From positions 18,390,805-18,454,804 of the forward strand of contig OZ316894.1 in NCBI GenBank assembly GCA_973895155.1: DNA of 64,000 bases, read 5' to 3'. The DNA comes from Marsupella aquatica. Lineage: Eukaryota > Plantae > Marchantiophyta. This document shows positions 27,001 to 40,117 of this stretch, in pieces. Each line of letters begins with the position of its first letter. Position 1 is the first letter of the stretch. The notes beneath the pieces are model-generated. The model was not told the DNA's origin. It was given only the letters and a program-made list of their open reading frames with translations, and made no database searches. The position numbers and the translations under genes were made by a program.

Positions 27001-27429
27001 AACCAGTGAGCCAACCACCTACAATTGATTCTACACCGACAGTCTCAACTACTGCTCCAACTGCTCTCCTGCCACCAATGGAGCAGCTCACATCAAAGGG
27101 CCCGACTCTCATCAATGACCCACAACCCGAGTCAAATCTGGATCTTCATACGTCTGATGCCATCGACAACTCACAGCTTGCTCCCGTACCACGCCAGATC
27201 TAGGAATCGTTGTATAGTTGGTGGGCAGTTTGCCCCAGATCCATTTTAGATCAGTTTGACTGCGCCCCATTTAGTTTGTCCTAACTGTCATTAACGTCGA
27301 TAATCAGGGATCATCCCTGTCGGGTATCGGGCGCTGGTCTCTCTTGCTCCCCTCCCGTCACTGTAGTTAAGCACCTTGTGCTCTTGGTCTAATTCAAGTT
27401 TCTATCGCATTATTTAGAAAACTTCTATA
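24038..27429 (+). mobile_element. Degenerate Ty1/Copia LTR retrotransposon with gag, protease and integrase; RT/RNaseH deleted
   Basis: PBS TGGTATCAGAGC at 24385; gag GAHNYTMWSFYVEQILREKDLWEIVD; knuckle CNFCGKRGHWEADC; protease WIIDSGASAH; LWHERLGHP..CEVCMKGK; integrase PLELIHID, QSDRGGEY, PHQNGVAARKN, LVGYDDHSKAYRCFDP..ISRNVVFDE; LTR match 24156-24384 with 27199-27429; multiple stops; 5' start tentative. Confidence 0.92.
24385..24396 (+). other. Primer-binding site complementary to tRNA-iMet
   Basis: TGGTATCAGAGC immediately after the 5' LTR end. Confidence 0.9.
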
Positions 27430-27644
27430 GCCACAAAAAGTAATTACCGCACCATCCAAAGGCTATTCTTTTGTCTATTGAGTCGAACTTGAATCCCCTT
27501 CAAACAATGTCATCTGGACTTAAGAAGAACAGTGCAAAGTTATTTGTAACCCTGCACTTGGCAATGCAAGTGTTGAAGTCTTCCTTCTTAGTTTGTACTT
27601 GTGCCTGATTGTCCTCTTGAATGCATTCACCATAGGAGGTAGAC

Positions 27645-28010
27645 CCCTGTTGGTAATCACATATCAAAATGTGATAATATACAACGTGCACTCATTGATT
27701 AAAGAAAATAACAAGGTTTATCATGGTATGAAGGGATGTAGTATATATACAGTATATGTCATATTTAGCCTACCCCTACTGGTAATCACCAAAATGTGAT
27801 AATGTATGATGTGCACTCATTGATTTAAAGAAAATAACAAGGTTTATCATTGTAATGAGAGATGTGGTACACAATAGATGTCATATTTAGCTTTCCCCTC
27901 ACACATCAAAATGTGATAATATAAGGTTTGCAGTCATTAATTTAAAAAAAATAACAAGGTTTATCTTGGTATGGAGAGATGTGGTACACACTTTATGTCA
28001 TATTTAGCCT
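27645..28010. repeat. Three ~120-130-bp tandem units
   Basis: caaaatgtgataat...aaaataacaaggtttatc...tgtcatatttagc recurs at ~27665, 27790 and 27907. Confidence 0.85.
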
Positions 28011-28875
28011 AAGTTACCCAAAACATACTTTAGAAAACCTCGTGACAAATTGAACCGCGCAGCGCAGTTTCAAGCATTACTACGGTAGACGACATCGATG
28101 CACCACAGTCCCTCATGGTCGGGCAAACACACACACCCAGGAAGAAGCGAAGTGATTCGGTTCTGTACAGAGCAGTACTCAAGTCTTGTTCCCACCCTAG
28201 AGCGTAACACGGAAGAAAGCCAATTCACGCAAAAAAGCGAGCCATTCGATAGTGTTTGAGCATTCCGAGGTAAGCAGATCGTCGTTGTATCATCTTCCAT
28301 TACAGCAATCTGTCAAAGTACGATGTCATTCTGTCGCCCTTTCCGTTTTTCTTGCTCTCATCAGTGAAGCTGGAGTGCAGCATTTGCATCTATCCGTTCT
28401 GTTTCAGGGGGAAAAGTTGGGTTTGCTGTTTTCGTTGCAGAGCTTGAAGAAGTGTTTTAGCGTTATTTTGCAGCGCGATGAATATGTCGTCCGGTCAGAG
28501 CCGTGCGTGGACGGGCCTCGAGGGCACGGTCCGTTTGCTTTCTCTTTTCCCGCGAATCGCTGAATTATGTTCCGCTGTGGTCGTTCGTTTCTTCTGCCTC
28601 TCTCCTGTGATGTGAATTCCTTCCTCGTTGACGTTCTTTGAGGCTGTCTAGCTTTCTACCTTCCTAGCTGGCAATCAATCTATACATCGTTCATTGCGTC
28701 CGAAGATTTGAGTGGTTAGCTCCTTCCGAGTTCCTCTTCCTGTCCTTCCCCCTGGCTTGGTTCATTGATTGGTGGTTTCGGGAATTAATTGTGTTCGCGT
28801 ATGCGTTGGTCCTGGAAGCAGACTCGTCAGCAGCCTTATGTTGGCACATCGCTGGAATCGCCTCATAACTTCACT

Positions 28876-30891
28876 ATGATGCCGGGACCTTCCAAGCACA
28901 CACAGTATGGCTCTTTCCATCCTGGTCTAATTGTCACAGTTGCGCGATTAGGGTTAGCCTGCTGTGTGGATATCACTTGTCTAGCGGATCGTGGTAGTCA
29001 TCACAGCGAAGGTTTGGATGCTGAATTGTCTTGTTGGTTGTGGCTTACAGATATCCCTATGTAACTGGAACATCGGTGCTGGGGATCAAGTACAAGGATG
29101 GCGTGCTTCTAGCTGCTGATACTGCAGGTGCTCTCCTATTCCCGCTTTTATCCTTTTGGAACGTAATCTAGGGTTGTCAAGGATCCTCCTTCCGGTGGTG
29201 CACAGTGTGTTTCTTACAACGATTGGATGGATAAACCTTGCAGGTTCTTACGGCTCAACTGTGAGGTACAAGAGTGTTGAACGTCTCAGGCCTGTAGGAA
29301 AGCTTGCTTGTATGGGTGCAAGTGGCGAGATCAGCGACTTTCAGCAAATTGTTCAACATGTGGATAAACTCATGTACGAAGCTAAAAGCACGAGTCCTAA
29401 GCTATGGTTTTAGGGTTTATTCGGGTTTCTCTCATGATAAAATCCCAATGCCTGGGCTTCAATGATAGAACTCTGATTAGATCATCTGTGATAATTACCA
29501 AAGATAATGAGTCCGTTCTCCCTAAACGTGATATATTTGTGTCTCTGCGTTGCAGTCTTAATGACTACATGTGGGATGATGGGAACAACCTGGGCCCAAG
29601 AGATATCCACAACTATCTAACTCGAGTCATGTACAACAAGCGCAACAATTTTGATCCACTCTGGAATACGATTGTCCTCGGTGGAGTAAAGAATGGCGAG
29701 AAGTATCTTGGAGTGGTACGTAATATATATCAGTCTGAATCTACCAGTGAAAATGTTCAATTTGCAGATGTTTGATGCATAGTGTCGCTTTGATGTACGT
29801 TAAATATGTAAAGTTTGTGAGTTGTCTATCGTAGCCTTGCGGCCGCAGACCCTCTTCGATATTTATGAAAGTCTGTATCCCATCCACAGGTCAGCATGAT
29901 CGGAGTACATTATGAAGATAACCATGTTGCATCTGGATTTGGCAATCATCTTGCCCGTCCCATCTTTCGAAATGAGTGGCGAGAAGATTTGACACTAGAG
30001 GAAGGGATCCAATTGCTCGAGAAGGCTTTGACAGTGCTCTTCTATCGGGACCGGAGTGCTATCAATAAAGTGCAGGTAATCACAGCATGTTCATTTACAT
30101 CAGCATCATTTACCGCGCTGTTAGTCAAATGAGTCGGTTGTGGCTAATAAGAGCCTTATGGTAATCTCTGTTCTGGAGGGGATATGACACCAAGAGGTTT
30201 TCCATATTTTAGTCTTACTAAATGGGTGACTTAGGTCATTGGCATCCATGCCTAATCTCGTAAAGCCTTGTAGGGCGACTGTTGACTCAACATGTCAATA
30301 TAGACACCCAAATCTTAACGATAGGCCATTCTTTCAACAGAATCACAACCCTTCTGTCCGTCCTATTTCAAGAAAAATGTGCATTTTCGCCCTCCTATTA
30401 TCATATCTTGCAAGTTTTGGTTTTATATTACCAGAGTAGAAGACCAAATTCTCGATGGCCTAAGAATCGACGGCACATTTCTAATCCTATTCATGACACT
30501 CCATTGGAATGTACCACATAATTTTCAGTTTTCAGTTTTGTGTACCGAGAGGTTGATTAAATTTCACATTTATCAATCTGATTGGGGAGGCTGAAGGAGT
30601 GGTATGGGCTAGTGTTCCCATTCATGTTTCTTCAGCATTGTTAGCTACGCGAACTCGTGTCAATCCGGTTGAGTCTAATGATGGAAATTAACTGTTAACG
30701 TCCTGTCTAATGTGGATGATATTGATTTTGAAGGGTTGATGCTCATCTGTAAGTAATGCGCTGTTCGTTATTTGCAGGTTGCAAATATCACAGAGAGTGG
30801 TGTTAGTATCTGTGAGCCATATGCATTAAAAAGCAATTGGTCCCTCAAGGCTTTCAAGAATCCGACTGCCGGTGCAGAAGGGTCTTGGTAG
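28876..30891 (+). CDS. PBG1: 20S proteasome subunit beta type-4 (beta-7)
   Basis: TQYPYVTGTSVLGIKYKDGV, GSYGSTVRYKSVER, GASGEISDFQ, WDDGNNLGPRDIHNYLTRVMYNKRN, GFGNHLARP, YRDRSAINK, C-terminal NPTAGAEGSW*; 6 coding exons with GT-AG introns; start ATG tentative. Confidence 0.95.
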
Positions 30892-31445
30892 TCTCATTGG
30901 TGAATAGATGTAGGTTAGTCAGACGCTTGTAGTTGAGGTAGTGCAAACTAAGGTTCCGAGGACTTCTCACAGACTTATTCAACATACTGTGTTTCTCTCT
31001 TTCTGTCGGAAAGTTTGACATCCGATTGTGGAGTCCTGGGATGCTTTGGCATCATTTGTACAGCTCTTCAAATTTACACGTTGACAAATTTTTCACTGGA
31101 ATAAATCTTTACAGCCTTGATTGTAATGGGGTTCATATTCTTCATTGGCCAAGGCAGTTAAAAGTACATTGCTATAGTGGGGAATAAGTTTAATACGAAT
31201 CAACCCAAGATATAATCTCTCGTGGTGCCCGATCTAGTGTGCAATCCTCTTGCTGGGCAGGTATGAAGTGTAAATGGGGGCAGTCTTTTTCGCAAGGAGT
31301 AGATTTAGCAAAAGACTTGCGTGATGAGGTAAGGTGCGGAAGGATTAATCATGAAGAAGTGGATAAATGCTCGGTGCAGTTGATGTGTTATATGTCCACT
31401 TCGGTTCTGAGTTTGGGCCACAGGCCATGGATTTCGTACGCAGGT

Positions 31446-32012
31446 TAAGAGGCGTGTGCTGTACACTTACTCTCTGGCTTTTCTGGTATAAGAGGCGTGT
31501 GCTGTACACTAACTCTCTGGCTTTTCTGATTCTTATGGTGTCTATTCCGATGCTGTGGGTTACGTTGATGCTGTCTCTGTTGCCTTCGGATAGTTATAAC
31601 AATTATGAATCGGCTCACGAGACCCAAGCATTTCCGGGTTGCCAAATCATGCATCTCTGGTGGCATACACGTGTTGGCTGCACTATGACAGGTGATTTTG
31701 AGGTCTAGTCTCTGGTGGCATAAACTTGTTGGCGGCTCTGTGACAGGTACAGCCAAGCGATTTTGAGGCCTTCCATATCTTCTAGTTGGCTGCACTAAGA
31801 CAGGTAAAGCTGAGTGATATTGAGGTCCTTGATATCTTAACCCTTGACTTGTTAAGTTTGAGCGTTGAATCCACGACCAGCCAAAAGCTTGTACATGTAT
31901 ATACCCAATGTGTGACTCTAGAATTGTTGAATCCACGACCAGCCAAAGCTTGTACATGATATTAACCAATGTGGGACTCCAGAATTGTTGAATCCACGAC
32001 CAGCCAAAGCTG
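31446..32012. repeat. Tandem duplications: 43 bp x2 (31446-31528) and ~62 bp x3 (31864-32012)
   Basis: taagaggcgtgtgctgtacact.actctctggcttttctg twice; gttgaatccacgaccagccaaagct three times. Confidence 0.85.
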
Positions 32013-32621
32013 TAGTGTTGTAACTTTTGTATATGTTTTCTGGAATTTTTTCGACAAAGAGTCGTTACTCCACACTTCCACTGCTATGACATTCGTTGTA
32101 AGTCTTCACAGATTCCAGCATCCAAGTGAAATCTACTGAACAACAAGACTCATTCAAAGGTGTTCTAACTCCTAAACCATGTTCACAGAGTTTCAAAGCT
32201 TGAGAACATTAATGATGGAACGAATGGGGTAAACATCCCATAAACAGAAGGATCGTTGCCTTAGACAGCTGTTTACTTTAGGTTCTGTGACCCAGCCGAA
32301 TCAGGTCTCCAATCAAAGGATTGAGTAAAGCCCAAAACAAAATCTATTCTCTGATGCTTCAAAGGGCACATACATGACTGGGGACTCCAGAGGAATGAGC
32401 TATTTTGTCCTCCAAAGTCCACGATTTGGAAATTCTGATATGTATTTTCAAACAGAGTAAGCGAAGAAAGTGAAGTTCCGAAGACTTGAAGACAATGGAA
32501 ATGACCTTAACGACAAAACATCCTCGGAAATTCAGGTTCATTACATTAGCACCAACTGCATCAGTTACCCCAACAACCCTGTCCTAAATGGGGTCTACTG
32601 AAATAATGTATTACTATTGTC

Positions 32622-33838
32622 TCAGGGGAAGTAGTCCGGCCAGTTGTGGTAGTAGGAATCTCGAACCTCCTTGGGCATCGCGTTCCACTGCAACTCCCAG
32701 AATATGGAACTAATCAGCAGCATCAACAACAGCTGAACACGTACGGAAATCTCAAACCTAGTGCTAAATCTTTGCTTATCGTATTATCCCCTAGACTTTT
32801 ACTCTTGCAATTGATGTCCAGTTATACAAGACATAGAACTTTAATCTAAATGGATACCACAAGTGAGTCAATTGTGGCGAGACATCTATTGGCACCTTAC
32901 ACCCTATCCTCTGGACATCTACTCTTGCAATTGATGCCCAGGTAAACAATATGTATAACTGGAATCAAATTGATATCACAAGTGAGTCGACCATGGTCAG
33001 TCATAAAATAAAAAATAAATTTAAGAGCTGTGTTCATCATCTATTGGAACCTTACACCATATGGATATGAACGATTTATGTTTCCTTAGAACAACACTTC
33101 AGGTTACACATCCGTTGATGCCGGCCATCAGAGAAAGTGCATGAAGTCGCCAAAGTGGAACAAAACCTTATGAGCCCACTAATTCAATTCAATCATACCC
33201 AAGTAGATCCCAGAGAGTACGGGAATCAGGTCCCCACTTCAATGGTGATGTAGATATGGGGAAGGACTGAGACCCACAAAGGAAATCGAGGGGAGCGAAT
33301 TGGCCATCGAGGCAGGGACCACAGAGGAAAAACAAAGATCAAGAAACGCATTCTTACCTTCGGCTTGTAGACCTTTCCCTTCTTCATAGCGCGCTTCCTC
33401 GCATGATTCTCGCACACCATAGCGTAATCGTGCCAGCTGCCACGACCCGCACGTCATCAGATGAGCATCAAAGCAGACCAAACACAGTAACTTGCACTGG
33501 AAGCATGCAGAGAATTGCAGAGTAGCCTCCGCCCGTACTCGACCACTGAAAGGATTAGCTGAGAAGCCATTCACACATAATTGAGGGAAAGCTCTGAAGA
33601 TGAAGGTCGTTAGAAGTCCGATGCATGGAAGGGACAGAAGGAAGAAAGCAGGAGGCGAGGGAAAGGAAGGAAGAAATTCGTACTTCATGGCGTAATTTCC
33701 CTGTTCCCAGTAGTAAGGGTTAACCAGGGAATACGCAGAGAACAACGCAGCACCCCAGAAAATGGTAGCAAAGCCCTCCTTATCCGAATGGGGAACCCCA
33801 GGGTCGCCCTGGTACGCGGGCCCGAACATCTTCTCCAT
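32622..33838 (-). CDS. Small (~99 aa) conserved plant single-pass membrane protein with GDPGVPH motif; function not assigned
   Basis: Exons 33838-33684, 33436-33358, 32687-32622 give MEKMFGPAYQGDPGVPHSDKEGFATIFWGAALFSAYSLVNPYYW..NWHDYAM..KWNAMPKEVRDSYYHNWPDYFP*; resembles a small angiosperm protein recalled as MEKYFG.AYRGDPGVPH..PKEVRDSYYYNWPVYFP. Confidence 0.85.
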
Positions 33839-34339
33839 GATGACAGACGAAACAAAACACGCACGGACCACTCAACAGATTAGCAAGAGTGCTCAACAGC
33901 TTTCCTCTACGAGAAATCCTCAAGAAGGTAGCGTCAAGCTGGGAGCTCGGAGCAGCAGCTATGGTGCCTAAAGCCCTGCGCCAGAGAACAAATTGCACGT
34001 CTGCGATTTGAGCAGAGTACGTAGACCCTAATGAACAAGGAAAGGATAACAAGGAGTGCCACCGGCAGTAGCCGGTCCGTGTCGTTTGCAGGTGACCTGT
34101 CTACCAGGTCCTGGTGGGCTTGTAAAAGGTGAATAGGGCGTGTCAAACATGACCCTAAGTGGGTACTACCAAGTGGATATATATCAGAGTGCCCAAGTGG
34201 AGAAAACCCCTAATTGGGAGACATGATCCCAAAGGCAAAGCAAACCCCATGAAGGGGAGGAAAATAGGGGAAAGGGCCCCAAGAAAAACAAGCCAAAGGG
34301 TCCCCAACCAGAAGCCAACTAAGGAACAAGGACCACCAC

Positions 34340-34550
34340 AAACTAAGGAGCCGTGAAGGCTAACACCCTACTGAGTAGAGAACTGAAAACCCTGCAGGTA
34401 GAGCTCTGGAGTAAACCACATAAGAGGGTTGCAAAGCGGAACCTGTCGGGAGGCCTTAAAACCAACTGCCTCAGCCCTACGAAGGAGGGTGAATGCCTGA
34501 GCCCGTTGAAGGCAATGAGGATAGGAACAGGGGGGAAAGACCTCCTCTCA
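34340..34550. repeat. Dispersed repeat copy related to 50210-50590
   Basis: Shared agagaaYtgaaaa...ggtagagctcYggagtaaac and aggatagg..ggggg motifs. Confidence 0.55.
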
Positions 34551-35714
34551 ATACAAAAAACTGCACAGGCCTGCAGGAACTGGTCAAAAGTAGGGTGGAG
34601 TACCAAAGACATAGATTGGTTTGATGGACTACGGAAATACATGAGACATCAAGGATAAGACTTTGCTTGTGATAGTGCTTTGACACACCCTAGGAGCAGC
34701 CCCACCCCTTGCACCATCCCGCACTTGGTATATGGGGAAAAAGTGCATTTGGTGGTGGGCCAGCTCGCCAGTGGCGTGAGGAATTGGGAGGGTAGCTCTC
34801 ACGTACCAGTTGCATTATATTTGAATGTTGAATGTGCGTTTGTCATGTGGACCTTACGCACTTGACAGTGTCTCACATGGACCTTGTGCATTCAACAGTG
34901 CACAGTATTGCACTCAATTCCTTTGCAGTGTACCATGTGAGTTTCATCATTTTGAGTGCTATGGAGATCATTCATCTGTCTAGCAATGGTGCAATCATCA
35001 TTGTTCAGTGTTGTTGGCAAGACTATCAAGGGACTAGTAGCGTGAGTCTAAATTTGCCAGAACTGGTGCATGGGAGACAAGATTTGGTGGGTAACCATCC
35101 CGTTCTTTAAAATGCTGTTGGGGTATGCAAAATGTGTTTGGCCCAAACCTAGCACCAAACTTAAGTCCGTCCTGACCAGGCGTTCCCCGTGACAGGTGGA
35201 ATTGGGGTGGGCATGCTCTAATACCTATTATCATGGGGACTAACCCAACCACTTGTTTTTTTTAACATAAGTAGAGGTGGGTCTATGTTGTGTTCGTCAC
35301 ATCCCCGCCCTTGACTCTGGTTGCGCTTGCCCCCAAAGTCACTGTCTAGAGGCTTCACTCTTGACAATAAGCTACAGGTTAACGATCTACCAGGTTGTCG
35401 TGGGTACAATTGTAAACGTGAACTACCTTTTACGAGGACTAGCATGATCTGCATCTTTCTTTGAGCATAAGTTTAGGTGATCGAGGTCTACAATGCATCC
35501 ATGCACTTCACACCCTGACCTCAATTATGGTCATGTTTGCCCCAAAGGCATTGTCTACATTCACTCTAGACTGTAGACCATGAATCCTAGTGTCACATCT
35601 AGCTCTATTACCGTAGTTAGATGTTTCCCAGGAATTTAGAATTGTAGCCTGAGTTTACTTTGAGAGTGAATGAACAATCTCGTCTCTGTGTTTTCTTACT
35701 CCTCTACATATTCT

Positions 35715-37367
35715 CTGGAAATTAGCTCATTTTTAAAAAGCATAGGAGGTAAAATAAGGTATTATACACTCAAATTAATAGAATATTCTCTAATAATATT
35801 ACTTTTAAAAAGTAGATTAAGTAATGAATATTGAATATTAGAGTTTTTTGTAAATGTAGCCCATGAAAAGACAGGCAACTCACCTTGTAACTCTAAAAAG
35901 TGAGTCACCTCAAAAGTAGGGCATGAAAAGGTTTTTTATTAAAAACTCAGGGTGGACTAGCAAAATAAATATATTTTAGGGCAACAACATGAATCACGTC
36001 ACACTCACATGGTCCACGATGGGGTGTCTTGACATTGATGCTTGTGCTTAATCCTGTTGCTCTACCATCAGACTCGGGGGTTTCACTTCCACAAAAATGA
36101 CATATCACGTGCGACAAAGTATGGGGTCATTTTATTGGTTCAAGGGGAAGACTTAAGAATTTTTTGAGAAGAACAATAGGGTCTTTTAAATCCAATTTTG
36201 GGACTTATAAGAACATTGTGGTCCTTATAACCAAATTATAGGGGTTGAAAAATTAAAAAAAATCTTACATTTTAGGGGGTCCGAGGCCTAAAAACATCAC
36301 AAGTGATGGGGAGGCATCCATATAGTGAGACCCCGAGCCACCAGATCTCCTTGCATGCATGTGCTTTGCCTTCTGTTCTTCAGCCTGTTGTTGTTTTGTC
36401 TTCTTGCTTTGCCAGATCTACTTGTACTTCCAAAGTCCCATGTCCTTGAGTTGTTGCATTTAGTATTCTTTTCGTGCCAAATCTCCCTATGCTCTGGTAT
36501 TGCCAGGCTCTAGTGTTGCCAAGCTCGGGGCCAGGCTCTTTGCTGTTCAATTGTCCCACACACTTCAATTGCTTATTTTGTGCCTTTTTCTCTGCCAAAT
36601 TCCTCTAGGCTCTACCAAATCCCTCTCTCCTATAATGAATTTTTGAGTTATGATCCCTCTGTCTATTTAGTGTTTGACCTCATTTCTACAAATTGGAATC
36701 GAGAATATTGGCCCAAAAGTCCACCCACACCTAGTAGTAGTGATGAGTCTGTGACATATGATCTAGTTCTCTTCAATTGAGTGATGATGAAGACCTATCG
36801 GGAGACCTACTAGATGACATGGAGGATGACTGGATAATTATGTTCCAAAGTAGCAACAATAAACAATAGAGATTTTTTTCAATTCATATACAAATTCTGT
36901 AGCAGAGGTAAAAGATGTGTTAAGAAGCACTCTGAAGCTCAAGCTTGCCTTGATGTTGCGCCTCAGTGCTGCTCCCCTTTGATTGATGATGCTCCTCTAT
37001 GCTGCACCTTGATGCTGCTACAAGGTTCCTTGCAATGCTGCTGCTGCCGCCCTCTCAATGCTGAAGAAAGACTCTCAACTGCTGGACCTGGCTGTGCTCC
37101 TTGAAGCTATAGATGCCAACAAGTTTCAGAGGGTGACTTAGGCTTTGTCAGCCCCGATATTTGTGTTTCCTTTTTATCCCTGTCTTTTATTCTAGTGTAT
37201 TTTAGTTCAGATGCCAAAAGCAAACTCACCCTGTGTAATTGCTCAACCCTCTTTTCACCCTCTGAACTCATTTTGTAATAGAGGATTTACATGCGGATTT
37301 ACAAAAACCTCTATTTTTTTATAAAATAAAATTATTTATATTAGGCTAGGATCACATGTGGTACCCC
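35715..37367. mobile_element. TIR DNA element, longer relative of the MITE at 48342-48572
   Basis: 35719-35843 matches the reverse complement of ~48412-48534; right end gatcacatgtggtacccc (to 37367) matches the MITE terminus ggggtaccacgtgcgatc. Confidence 0.6.
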
Positions 37368-38100
37368 GGCCCACAACATACACTAACTTTAAGCCCCCGA
37401 GACCATGAAACTCTGTATACCTTCACTCTTTTGATAACAACTTTCTTGTTTCCAAAAAGGATTTAAACTCCAAAGTTTGCTTCCAATATTAATTTCCCTT
37501 TCTATGGAGAGTGAATGGCGGCTCTTCTTGGGCTTGTTAGTAGGGGCTTAGAAAGATCTTTCCACCCTCTCTCCTGCCCAGTGTAACATCTATAGATTTC
37601 ATGAAGAATAGAGAGAATTGTAAATTTCTAAAGATCACTCATCACTCACTATCCACAAAGGTCCTAGTACCTAACTTTGGCATTTAGTGTCACCCTCTAT
37701 CTCCAATGTACTCTTATTTTCTTGGGTTCCTCAGAAATGGCTTGGAAAGATCTTTCCAATGAGCCCGGCCAATGAGCCGAATATGGCTGAATTTCATTGG
37801 GAATTGAGAGACCTACAAATATTCATAGATGACTATGACTTCTTGCCACATTCATTTGTCATGTTTTCTTGCCTCATTTCACTCATGTAATCTGTACTAT
37901 GTGAGTACAAAGAGGGTTTTGCTGTGGTCCATCTGGGTTGCAAAAATCTGTGTGAACCTTTTGGCAGACGTGGAGGTCCATCCCGGCTTCAATTTCAATT
38001 ATACACCCCTGTCTTGGAATTTCACGGATTAAAGTAGAGTACACTTGCATGTTCCTTGTGGCATTTCACTCATGCGTAATTTGTACAATATGAGTATAAC

Positions 38101-38444
38101 TGTTAGATATTGCTCTAGTCTTGTGACTCATGAGCTAACCACAGTTAGGCTAACTTGGGTTAGGACTTAGCTAATGTTAGTGGTAGTGCTGTTGTGCATA
38201 TAGCCAGGGCTGATGCCAGACCCTGGTGGAACTTAGGCTCATTGTTACGGAGCTAGTTGAGAGATAGGGAGAGCTTATGCTATGGATGCTTGGTATGGCC
38301 GGTCGGCCTAGAGTGCAGTAAAGCTCTTGCGTGTTCCCGTGGACGTAGCCTCATGTGGAGGTGAACCACGTATCTCTCTGTGTCGACTATTGTGCGTTGG
38401 ATGGTTCATGGGCTTGCCGTTGCGAATGTCATCTTTGCTCAACA
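38101..38444 (+). mobile_element. Solo LTR (344 bp), Copia-type
   Basis: TGTTAG...CTCAACA termini; perfect 5-bp TSD ATAAC (38096-38100 and 38445-38449); cccgtggacgtag..gaaccacgta motif; paralog at 47729. Confidence 0.9.
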
Positions 38445-38448
38445 ATAA

Positions 38449-39640
38449 CTAGCTCAATACCCGTGCGTTGCACAAAAGATGCCATGTCGGCCAAGATTTG
38501 GTTGAGAAAAAAGATGTTGTGTTGGCCAAGAGGTTGTTGAGAAAAAAGATGTCGTGTCGGCCAAGAGGTCATTAAGAAAAAAGATGTTGTGTCGTCCAAG
38601 ATGTCGCTGAGAAAAAAATGCCGTGTCTGCCAGGAAGTCGTTGAGAAAAGGATGTCGTGTCGGCCAAGATGTCCTTGAGGAAAAAGATATTGTGTCGGCC
38701 AATATGTCGTTGAAAGAAAGATATCGTGTTGCCCAAGACATCATTGAGAAAAAAAATATTGTGTCGCCCAAGGTGTTCTTAAGAAAAAATGTCGTGTTGC
38801 CCAAGATGTTGTGAAGAAAACCCGTGCGTTGCACAAACGATGTCGTTAAAAAAAGTCGAGTTGCCAAAGATGTCGTGAAGTAAAAAGATTTTGTGTCGCC
38901 AAAGATGACGCAAAGTAAATAGATGGCGTTAAAAAAAACCTGTGGAGTAAAAAGATGTTGTTCAGAAAAAAAGGAGTCATATCTCCAAAGATGTCATGGA
39001 GGAAAAAATATTGTCAAGTAAAAAGATGTCATTATGTGAAATATATTGCCAAGTAAAACGATGTCGGGGCGCCAAAGATGTTGTTATGTCAAAGATATCA
39101 TCAAGTAAAATGAAATAGTGTTGCCAAAGTTGTTGTGAAGTAAAACATATGTCATCAAGTAATAGATGTCGTCAAGTAAAAAAATCTTGTGACTCCAAAG
39201 CTGTTGTCAAGTAAAAAATGTCATCAGTCATAGATGTTGTGAAGTAAAACATGTCGTTGCATTAAATATCGTTAAGGAAAAGATGTGAAAAAATGCCAAT
39301 AAATTTCTTGCTCAAAAGATTTCATTAAGTAAAAAATATCATTGCCCAAAACATGTCTAAGTAATAAAAGATATAATTACCCAAAAATTGTTACCGAGGA
39401 AAAGATGTCATGGGACAAAAAATGAGTGACAACAACCACAAAGTATCATAGCTAAAAATTATTTTTGTCTTTGTATTTTTCATATTTTTTTATCCCACAC
39501 CCGATCCCCCCCTCTTTTACCGCTTTTGTATTATTTTCTGGTTTTGATATTTCTTATTACAGTATGTAAAATTTGTAATCAATCTTATGACATAGATTAT
39601 CATGGGGTATAGTACTATACATAAATGATTATACATAGAT
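38449..39640 (-). mobile_element. Probable non-autonomous Helitron carrying an ~18/37-bp minisatellite
   Basis: actagctcaatacccgtgcgttgcac is the reverse complement of a Helitron 3' end (GTGCAACGCACGGG-N8-CTAG-T); second hairpin copy at 38821; aaaagatgtcgtgtcggccaagatgtc array from ~38475 to 39415; 5' end uncertain. Confidence 0.6.
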
Positions 39641-40117
39641 GATCCATAAAGTACTCATTATTGTGCATTGTCATTCCTGGCATTCCCCTTTATTTATTGC
39701 TTGGGAAACGTGTCACTTTTTACTTCACACCAAATATAATATAATTTTGGTTTATTTCTTCTCTTGGTAGGATTCTTTAATTTTTGTGCCTTCAAATTCA
39801 AATGACGAACCACCCTATAAAAAGGCGCAATTGTTTATTATAGAAGTTTGTTTATTATAGAAGTTAATGAGTGCTTTACTGCAGTCCATCCCAGTTGAAA
39901 AAATCTATGTGAGCCTTTTGACAGAGGTGGAGGTCGATCCTGGCTTCAATTTCAAATATCAGCTTTTAAGGTACATTATTGTCACTAAGGATGTTTAACT
40001 GTATTTAAAATGTGCTGCTATTCTTGTATATAGTTCCCTGTTACTTTAGTGCTGTTTTTTTAATGCATTAAAAACTATGCCACTCTTTTCCTATATAGTT
40101 ACTCTCTTATTTCAGTG

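Noticed and set aside
38454-38867. 137-aa repetitive ORF
   Set aside because: Translation of the minisatellite
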